Assembly (NCBI GenBank): GCA_016125555.1
Contig: WGLN01000012.1
Location: 11,238 to 75,237, forward strand
DNA from: Porphyrobacter sp.
GTDB taxonomy: Bacteria; Pseudomonadota; Alphaproteobacteria; Sphingomonadales; Sphingomonadaceae
Direction of reading: 5' to 3'
DNA: 64,000 bases
In this document: positions 56,514 through 64,000 of the stretch, piece after piece
Numbering within the stretch: the first letter of the stretch is position 1
Layout: each line of letters starts with the position of its first letter
The notes under the pieces: generated by a model
What the model was told of the DNA's origin: nothing
Seen by the model: the letters and a program-made list of their open reading frames with translations, nothing else
Databases searched by the model: none
Made by a program: the position numbers and the translations under genes

Positions 56514-56960
56514 TCACCCGCAACGCGCATCCCTGATGATGTTGCCCTTGTCGAGCATCAGGTTGAGGCGCGGATTGGTGGGATCGGGATTGACGTAGCC
56601 CACGCTGCCGGGGACGACGAAGCGCAGGTTGTCGCTGCGCCCGAGAGTCTCGGTGATGGCGGCGCGGGTGGCCTCGTCGGCGGGCTTGCCGATGTAGGGG
56701 CCCATCAGGTTCGCGCCGCAGGTGGCCGAGGCGGGATCGGTCTGGGTGCCGGGGACGAAGGGACCGGGCGCCGCGCCCGGCTTGGGCGTGGCGACGGTGG
56801 GCGCGACGGTGCCCTGCGCCGCCGGGGTCGGGGCGGCGTTCTGGTTGATGCGCGCGGCGAAGCTATCCGCGTCGTTGCCGGGTGCCGCCGGCTCGTTGCC
56901 GCAGGCGGCAAGCGCCAGCACGGCGGGCAGGGCGAGGAGGATCTTGGGAAGCATGGTCAT
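56514..56960 (-). CDS. Lipoprotein with a C-terminal peptidase inhibitor I78-like domain
   Basis: Lipobox LALAAC. The C-terminus has ...CGANLMGPYIGK...RLNLMLDKGNIIRDARCG. Confidence 0.6.
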   Translation of the reverse strand: MTMLPKILLALPAVLALAACGNEPAAPGNDADSFAARINQNAAPTPAAQGTVAPTVATPKPGAAPGPFVPGTQTDPASATCGANLMGPYIGKPADEATRAAITETLGRSDNLRFVVPGSVGYVNPDPTNPRLNLMLDKGNIIRDARCG

Positions 56961-57043
56961 GGCGTCGGGTCCCTCCGGGAATGCGTCGCGGACCCCAAGC
57001 GCCTTTCACGTTACCGGATTATGACAGACCCGCGCGCCGCCCT

Positions 57044-58192
57044 TCAGCGCAGCCGCAGGCGATCGGGTGTCAAATGGTCCACCCGCGTCACCCCCATCAG
57101 CCGCATCCCGCGCTCGATCTCGTCCTTGAGGATGCCGAGCGCGCGTTCGACGCCCTCTTGCCCGGCGGCGGCCAGCGCATAGAGATAGAGCCGCCCGCCC
57201 GAAGCCGCCGTCGCGCCGCTCGCCAGCGCTTTCAGCACATGGGTCCCGCGCCGCACCCCGCCGTCGCAGATGATCTCGATCTTGCCGCCCACGGCTTGGA
57301 CGATTTCGGGAAGCTGATCGAAGGGCGCACGGCTGCCGTCCAATTGCCGCCCGCCGTGGTTCGAGATCATGATCGCGTCCGCCCCCATCTCGACCGCGCG
57401 GCGCGCATCGGCGACACTCATCACGCCCTTGAGAACGAAAGTGCCGCCCCATTCCTCGCGGATGCGGGCCGCCGTGTCCCAGTCCATCGACGTATCGAGC
57501 ATGGTGTTGAAATATTCCGCGATGCTCACCGCCCTGCTGCTGCCTTCGCTGACATGGGTGTCGAGATTGGGCAGGCGGAATTTCTCGCGCAGGAGATAAT
57601 CGAGCGTCCAGCGCGGGCGGGTGGCGTAGGACCAGACGCTCGCCGGAGTGAAGCGCGGCGGGGTTGTGAAACCGCTCCTCAGGCAGCGTTCGCGCTTGCC
57701 CGAAACGATGGTGTCGACCGTCAGCGCCAGCGCATCGAAACCCGCCGCCTGACAGCGTTCGATCATATGGGTGTTGAGGCCCTTGTCCTTGTGGACATAG
57801 AGCTGGAACAGCTTGGGGCCGCTGGTCAGCGCGGCGATCTCCTCGATCGAGCGCGTCGCGAGGCTGGAGATGCCGAACCACAGCCCGAACTTCTCCGCCG
57901 CCTTCGCCACCGCCGTTTCACCCTGCCAGTGGAAGGCGCGCTGCACCGCGGTGGGGGAGAGCATCAGCGGCAGCGCCGATTGGCGCCCGAGGATCGTGCA
58001 GGAGGTGTCGATGGTTTCGACACCCGCCAGCACGTCGGGAACCAGGTCGACATCATCGAAAGCGGCGGTGTTGCGCGCCTTGGTCAGCTCGTCGTCGGCC
58101 GCGCCGTCGATGTAATCGAACACGGGGAAGGGCAGCCGAGCCTTCGCCAGCCTGCGGAAATCGTCGATATTGTGGCAATCGGAAAGGCGCAT
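57044..58192 (-). CDS. FMN-dependent alpha-hydroxy-acid dehydrogenase/oxidase (L-lactate dehydrogenase-like)
   Basis: 382 aa. Motif SNHGGRQLD. Confidence 0.85.
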   Translation of the reverse strand: MRLSDCHNIDDFRRLAKARLPFPVFDYIDGAADDELTKARNTAAFDDVDLVPDVLAGVETIDTSCTILGRQSALPLMLSPTAVQRAFHWQGETAVAKAAEKFGLWFGISSLATRSIEEIAALTSGPKLFQLYVHKDKGLNTHMIERCQAAGFDALALTVDTIVSGKRERCLRSGFTTPPRFTPASVWSYATRPRWTLDYLLREKFRLPNLDTHVSEGSSRAVSIAEYFNTMLDTSMDWDTAARIREEWGGTFVLKGVMSVADARRAVEMGADAIMISNHGGRQLDGSRAPFDQLPEIVQAVGGKIEIICDGGVRRGTHVLKALASGATAASGGRLYLYALAAAGQEGVERALGILKDEIERGMRLMGVTRVDHLTPDRLRLR

Positions 58193-58259
58193 GGGCTTGG
58201 TGTTGCAGCAGGCGCGGCGCCGGGCAAGCCCGCTGCGCCGCGCCCGCTTGCGCCTGCCG

Positions 58260-59318
<1,059 letters not shown>

Positions 59319-59840
59319 TCAGGCGCCCTGGGCCCCGCGCATCATGCCCACGATCCCGGTGCGGCCGACCTCGACCAGGCCCAGCTCGCGCATCAGGGCG
59401 ATGAAGCTGTCGACCTTGTCGGGAGGCCCGGTGATCTCGAAGATGAAGCTTTCGGTGGTGGTGTCGACCGGCCGCGCGCGGAAGATGTCGGCGAGGCGCA
59501 GCGCCTCGACCCGCTTTTCGCCCGTGCCTGCGACCTTGATCAGCGCCAGTTCGCGCTCGACATGCGGCCCGGCGGTGGTGAGGTCGGTGACCTTGTGCAC
59601 CGGCACCAGCCGCTCGAGCTGCGCCTCGATCTGGTCGATGACCTGCGGCGGCCCGTTGGTGACGATGGTGATGCGGCTGACCGCGTGGTCCTCGGTGATG
59701 TCGGCCACGGTCAGGCTGTCGATATTGTAGCCGCGCGCGGTGAACAGGCCGGTGATCTTGGCAAGGATGCCCGGCTCGTTGTCGACGGTGACGGCGAGCA
59801 CGTGGCGCTCGGAGGCCGCTTCGGTGATCTTCAATGGCAT
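59319..59840 (-). CDS. ilvN: Acetolactate synthase small (regulatory) subunit
   Basis: 173 aa. ACT-domain N-terminus HVLAVTVDNEPGILAKITGLF. Confidence 0.93.
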   Translation of the reverse strand: MPLKITEAASERHVLAVTVDNEPGILAKITGLFTARGYNIDSLTVADITEDHAVSRITIVTNGPPQVIDQIEAQLERLVPVHKVTDLTTAGPHVERELALIKVAGTGEKRVEALRLADIFRARPVDTTTESFIFEITGPPDKVDSFIALMRELGLVEVGRTGIVGMMRGAQGA

Positions 59841-59850
59841 GGCTCGTATC

Positions 59851-61638
59851 CTAGACCAGCGCCTTGGCTTCGTCGTCCATCGTCCCGTCGACCTTGTCGC
59901 CGTAAAGCAGCATCTCGGTATGCGCGGCTCCGCTCGGGATCATCGGCAGGCAATTGGCGTCCTGCGCGACAAGGCAATCGACGATCACTGGACCGTCGTG
60001 CGCGAGCATCGCCGCGATGCCTTCATCGAGTTCGCTTTCGTCATGAATGCGGATGCCCTTCCAGCCATAGGCTTCGGCGAGCTTCACGAAATCGGGGAGG
60101 CTGTCCGAGTAGCTGTTCGAATATCGGCTCTCATAGGTCAGTTCCTGCCACTGGCGCACCATGCCCATGTATTCGTTGTTGAGGATGAACACCTTGACCG
60201 GCAGGCGGTATTGCGAGGCGGTGCCCAGTTCCTGGATGTTCATCTGGATCGAGGCCTCGCCCGCGATATCGATCACCAGCGCGTCCGGGTGGCCCAATTG
60301 CGCGCCGATTGCTGCGGGCAGGCCATAGCCCATCGTCCCGAGCCCGCCGCTGGTCAGCCACTTGTTCGGGTCCTCGAAGCCGAAATATTGCGCCGCCCAC
60401 ATCTGGTGCTGGCCGACCTCGGTCGAGATGATCGGCTTTCGCGCGTGGGTAAGGGCGTGGAGCCGCTCGACCGCCTTCTGCGGCATGATCATGCCCGGGT
60501 TCTTGGCCGAGCGTTCGGGATAGGCGAGGCATTCGCGCGCGCGCCAGCCGGTGATCCGCGCCTTCCATTCGCCTAGGTCCTGCGGCTTGCGGCTCCCCCA
60601 TGCCTCGATCATTTGCCCGAGCACCGTGGCGCAATCGCCCAGGATGCCGAGATCGACCTCCACCGTCTTGTTGATCGAGGAGCGGTCGATATCGATGTGG
60701 ATCTTCTTCGAATCCGGCGAGAAGGCATCGAGCCTGCCGGTCACCCGGTCATCGAAGCGCGCGCCGATGCACACCATCACGTCGCACTTGTTCATCGCCA
60801 TATTGGCTTCGTAGGTGCCGTGCATCCCCAGCATCCCGAGCCAGTCGGGATGGGTCGAGGGGAAGGCACCGAGGCCCATCAGCGTCGAGGTGACGGGGGC
60901 GCCGGTCAGGTCCTGGAAGCGGCGCAGCAGCGCGCTCGCCTCGGGGCCGGAATTGATCACCCCGCCGCCGGTGTAGAGCACCGGACGCTCGGCGCCCGCG
61001 ATCATTGCGATCGCCTCGACGATCTGCTCGGGCGGCGCGACCATCTGCGGCGCGTAGCGGTGCGAGCCGGGGCGCACGAAGGCGCGGCGCTCGGAAGGCA
61101 CGGCGATCTGCACGTCCTTGGGAATGTCGATCACGACAGGGCCGGGCCTGCCGGTGGTGGCGATGCGGAACGCCTCGGCGATGGTCGCGGCCAAGTCCGC
61201 CGGGTCCTTCACGAGGTAGTTGTGCTTGGTGCAGTGGCGGGTGATGCCGATGGTGTCGGCTTCCTGGAAGGCGTCGGTGCCGATCAGCGCGGTCGGCACC
61301 TGTCCGGTGATGACCACCAGCGGGATCGAATCCATCCACGCATCCGCGATGCCGGTGATCGCGTTGGTCGCGCCGGGGCCGGAGGTGACCAGCACCACGC
61401 CCGGCTTGCCGGTCGCCCGGGCATAGCCTTCCGCCGCATGCGCCGCGCCCGCTTCGTGGCGGACGAGGATGTGGCGGATGCGATCATGGCCGAACAGCTC
61501 GTCATAGATCGGCAGCACCGCGCCGCCGGGATAGCCGAACACATATTCGACGCCCTGCTCGATCAGGCACTGCACGAGGATCGCCGCGCCGCTGCTGGGG
61601 GCTTTGGGGCTCTGGGCGGGGTCCGGCTGACCGGGCAC
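59851..61638 (-). CDS. ilvB: Acetolactate synthase large subunit
   Basis: 595 aa with a ThDP-enzyme pattern ([16 protein letters not shown]). GTG start after GGAG. Confidence 0.95.
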   Translation of the reverse strand: MPGQPDPAQSPKAPSSGAAILVQCLIEQGVEYVFGYPGGAVLPIYDELFGHDRIRHILVRHEAGAAHAAEGYARATGKPGVVLVTSGPGATNAITGIADAWMDSIPLVVITGQVPTALIGTDAFQEADTIGITRHCTKHNYLVKDPADLAATIAEAFRIATTGRPGPVVIDIPKDVQIAVPSERRAFVRPGSHRYAPQMVAPPEQIVEAIAMIAGAERPVLYTGGGVINSGPEASALLRRFQDLTGAPVTSTLMGLGAFPSTHPDWLGMLGMHGTYEANMAMNKCDVMVCIGARFDDRVTGRLDAFSPDSKKIHIDIDRSSINKTVEVDLGILGDCATVLGQMIEAWGSRKPQDLGEWKARITGWRARECLAYPERSAKNPGMIMPQKAVERLHALTHARKPIISTEVGQHQMWAAQYFGFEDPNKWLTSGGLGTMGYGLPAAIGAQLGHPDALVIDIAGEASIQMNIQELGTASQYRLPVKVFILNNEYMGMVRQWQELTYESRYSNSYSDSLPDFVKLAEAYGWKGIRIHDESELDEGIAAMLAHDGPVIVDCLVAQDANCLPMIPSGAAHTEMLLYGDKVDGTMDDEAKALV

Positions 61639-61675
61639 GGGTAAACTCCAGTTCTGGCGGGCGCTGGGTGCGCAT

Positions 61676-61716
61676 CAACAAAAACCGGCCCGACGCAGGG
61701 GGACGCGCATCGGACC
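61676..61716 (-). terminator. Hairpin plus U-tract between miaA and ilvB (miaA terminator and/or ilvB leader attenuator)
   Basis: On the minus strand: GGUCCGAUG (12-nt loop) CGUCGGGCC, then GGUUUUUGUU. Confidence 0.6.
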
Positions 61717-61758
61717 GAGTGACCCGCGGCTAAAGGTTAGAATCTGATAGGTCAACCC

Positions 61759-62715
61759 CTATTCGCGCAATAAAGCTGCAAAATGATTATCAATGTCGAT
61801 ATTTTCAGACTCGGCCCCGAGGAAAACGCGTGGCCAATCCTCGGGCGGCTGGCGGCGGAACCAGGTGAACTGGCGCTTGGCGTAGTTGCGGGTCGCCTGC
61901 TGCCCGGCGGCGACCATGGTGTCGGCGTCGATCGTCCCAGCGAGACAGGCAGCGATTTCCGGGACCCCGATCGCGCGCATCACGGGCAGATCTGGATCGA
62001 GTTCGCGTTCGAGCAGCGCGGCGACCTCCTCGATCGCGCCTGCCTCCAGCATCGCGGCGAAGCGCCGGTTGCAGCGGTCGTAAAGCCAATCGCGCTCGGG
62101 CAGCAGCAGCAGCGGGTGAAGCGCGATCTCCTCGCCGATGCCGCCGGCCTTGGCCATTTGCCAGTCGGCGAGCGACACGCCGGTCGAACGCTTGACCTCG
62201 AGCGCGCGGGCGATGCGCTGGCGGTCGCCGGGGTCGAGCTCGGCGGCGCGCTGCGGGTCCTCGATCTGGAGCAGCTTCCAGGCGGCATCCTCGGTGAGCG
62301 CGCGCACCCAGCCGCGCACCGCCGGATCGATAGGAGGAATCGGCGCGATGCCTTCGAGCAGAACGCGCAGATAGAGCCCCGTCCCGCCGACGAGGATCGG
62401 CACCCCGCCACCTGCATGGATCTCCGCAATCTCCGCTTTGGCGCGTGCCGCCCACGCTGCGGCCGAGCACGCCTCGGCGCCGTCCCACGCGCCGAACAGG
62501 CGGTGTTCGATGCCCTCCATCTCCTCTTCGGTGGGGCGCGCGGAGAGCACTTGCAGGTCGGCATAGACCTGCGCGCTGTCGGCGTTGACAATCACCGCGC
62601 GCCGCCCCGCCTCGGCGAGGCGATGGGCAAGCGCGAGCGCCATCGCGCTCTTGCCGCTGGCGGTCGGCCCTGCGATGAGCGCGACCGGTGAAGGTGGAGA
62701 AGTGACGATGCTCAT
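61759..62715 (-). CDS. miaA: tRNA dimethylallyltransferase
   Basis: Trimmed to the ATG at 62715 ([23 protein letters not shown]). The P-loop is at the canonical distance from the N-terminus. Confidence 0.9.
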   Translation of the reverse strand: MSIVTSPPSPVALIAGPTASGKSAMALALAHRLAEAGRRAVIVNADSAQVYADLQVLSARPTEEEMEGIEHRLFGAWDGAEACSAAAWAARAKAEIAEIHAGGGVPILVGGTGLYLRVLLEGIAPIPPIDPAVRGWVRALTEDAAWKLLQIEDPQRAAELDPGDRQRIARALEVKRSTGVSLADWQMAKAGGIGEEIALHPLLLLPERDWLYDRCNRRFAAMLEAGAIEEVAALLERELDPDLPVMRAIGVPEIAACLAGTIDADTMVAAGQQATRNYAKRQFTWFRRQPPEDWPRVFLGAESENIDIDNHFAALLRE

Positions 62716-63580
62716 TGCCCGGCTGATAGCAGACGCAGCGACAAGGGAAACACGTCTCGATGCGCTGGCCGCGGCACTTGCGGGCGAGGGCGTGCCGCTG
62801 GCCTCCGCGGCGATGCTGCCGGGCGAGGAGGTGCTCGAACTGCGCTTCCCCGATGGTGAGCCGCAGACGGTGCTGGCCGCCATCGACGCCCATTTCGCGC
62901 CCGCCGCCGCGCTGGTCAGCCGCGATGTGATTGCTGTTCCGCAGGTGTTCGTCTCGGACATGGATTCGACGATGATCGGGCAGGAATGCATCGACGAACT
63001 GGCCGATTACGCCGGGCTCAAGGACAGGATTGCCGCGATCACCGAGCGCGCGATGCAGGGCGATCTCGATTTCGTTTCCGCACTGCGCGAGCGCGTGGCG
63101 CTGCTCGAAGGGCTCGAGGAAAGCGCGATAAGCGCCTGTCTTGCCGAGCGGATCACGCCAACGCCCGGAGCGCGCGTGCTGGTCGCGACGCTCGCCGCGC
63201 TGGGCGCGCGCACGGTGCTGGTGACCGGCGGCTTCCACCACTTCGCCGACCCGGTGGGCGAAATGCTCGGCTTCGACGACGTGGTCGGCAACCGGCTCGA
63301 AGTGGCCGAGGGCAGGTTGACCGGGGGCCTCACCGGCAAGATCGTCGACAGCGGTGTGAAGGCCGCGGTGCTGCGCGCCGAGGCGGGCGAGGGGCTGGTG
63401 AGCCTTGCCACCGGCGATGGGGCCAACGACATCCCGATGATCGACAGCGCGACCTACGGCTTCGCCTTCAAGGGCAAGCCCAAGGCGCGCGCGGCGGCCA
63501 ACGGTCGGATCGACCGGGGAGACCTCACGGCGGTGCTCAGCTTGCTCGGCATTCCGCGCAAGGATTGGCGCGGCGCGTGA
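62708..63580 (+). CDS. serB: Phosphoserine phosphatase SerB
   Basis: Trimmed to the ATG at 62708 (MLIARLIA...). HAD motifs DMDSTMI and GDGANDIPM. Confidence 0.88.
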   Translation: MLIARLIADAATRETRLDALAAALAGEGVPLASAAMLPGEEVLELRFPDGEPQTVLAAIDAHFAPAAALVSRDVIAVPQVFVSDMDSTMIGQECIDELADYAGLKDRIAAITERAMQGDLDFVSALRERVALLEGLEESAISACLAERITPTPGARVLVATLAALGARTVLVTGGFHHFADPVGEMLGFDDVVGNRLEVAEGRLTGGLTGKIVDSGVKAAVLRAEAGEGLVSLATGDGANDIPMIDSATYGFAFKGKPKARAAANGRIDRGDLTAVLSLLGIPRKDWRGA

Positions 63581-63689
63581 GGCGGGAACGGGTCGCGCAA
63601 AAAAAGGTTTTGAAACGGGACGCGAATCGCTTATTTACACTCATGTAAGCAATTCATGGCATCCCGCAGTGCCAGACGAGGACCGGACA

Positions 63690-64000
63690 ATGACCGCCAC
63701 CGATTACAGCCAGATGTTCGCTGCCGACGGCACCGTGCTGCGCCACCCCGAGCGCCCGGTGCCGCGCTATCGTCCGCTGCGCGCGTGGAAGAACTTCCGC
63801 CTGCTGATCCAGGACAAGGAAGACACCAGCCTGGTCTTCAAGATCTTCGAATCGCTGCCCTCCAAGAGCTTCATGCCGCGGGTCGCCGAACTCGCGCTCT
63901 CGCAGCGCGGCGAGGAGCTGCGCCGCAGCGAGCCGCGCCTGCCGGAGATCCTCGACGATCACGCCGCCTTGCGCCGCACGCCCAAGGGCAGCCTCGCCCA
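63690..64000 (+). CDS. Coq4-family-like protein, N-terminal part (runs off the 3' end of the window)
   Basis: Open frame from the ATG at 63690 (MTATDYSQMF...LRAWKNFRLLIQDKEDTSLVFKIFESLP). It has no stop before base 64000, so it is absent from the ORF track. The listed antisense ORF 63654-63962 has weaker coding character. Confidence 0.5.
   Translation, partial: MTATDYSQMFAADGTVLRHPERPVPRYRPLRAWKNFRLLIQDKEDTSLVFKIFESLPSKSFMPRVAELALSQRGEELRRSEPRLPEILDDHAALRRTPKGSLA

Noticed and set aside
58193-58259. Large GC hairpin (GCAGGCGC...GCGCCTGC) between ilvC and the lactate-dehydrogenase-like gene, considered as another repeat-family member or a terminator
   Set aside because: It has no sequence similarity to the 6193/12480 repeat and no U-tract. 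It is probably a simple structured spacer, and the evidence is too weak to call.
63654-63962. 102-aa minus-strand ORF near the window end
   Set aside because: The opposite (plus) strand has an open frame from the ATG at 63690 with better GC3 and a Coq4-like N-terminus. The minus ORF is the antisense artefact.

Overview
GC-rich chromosomal segment (strong GC3 bias) whose gene content and order look alphaproteobacterial and Sphingomonadales-like; this taxon call is inference. I count about 60 protein genes, three tRNAs (Asp-GTC, Leu-CAA, Glu-TTC) and a probable 6S RNA. Most of the window is core metabolism and housekeeping: a 2-oxoacid dehydrogenase E2 tail, ZauP-like/zapA/6S/5-formyl-THF cyclo-ligase, tkt-gap-pgk-fba, thiE, efp, suhB, aceA with a divergent ScfR/RamB-type regulator, panB, phoR-pstCAB-phoU-phoB, recJ, leuA, ilvBNC, miaA and serB. 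A PEP-CTERM-type regulatory module (priming sugar transferase, PrsK, PrsR, TPR lipoprotein) lies at 20.4-26.7 kb. The most unusual locus is 31.5-40.6 kb. It holds two alphaproteobacterial LexA boxes (GAAC-N7-GAAC). The first precedes imuA-imuB plus a PilZ gene. The second precedes a helix-hairpin-helix radical-SAM gene, a DUF4130/UdgX-type glycosylase gene (GEQPG, KRRLH, HPSYLLR motifs) and dnaE2, and these three are linked by overlapping or abutting stop and start codons. This is my best candidate for a poorly characterised, SOS-controlled DNA-damage-processing system. The second candidate is a two-gene module at 49.6-51.0 kb: an unknown 289-aa protein followed, with abutting stop and start codons, by a small AHH/HNH-EndoVII-like nuclease. 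Other observations are a nested-hairpin intercistronic repeat present twice, Pho-box arrays, a Leu-rich mini-ORF upstream of leuA, AT-rich palindromes flanking the aceA regulator, and miaA/serB start codons that overlap head to head. I saw no CRISPR array, IS element, integrase or prophage genes. Coordinates of features not taken from the ORF track were counted by hand and may be off by a few nt. All family assignments rest on recognised motifs, not on searches.
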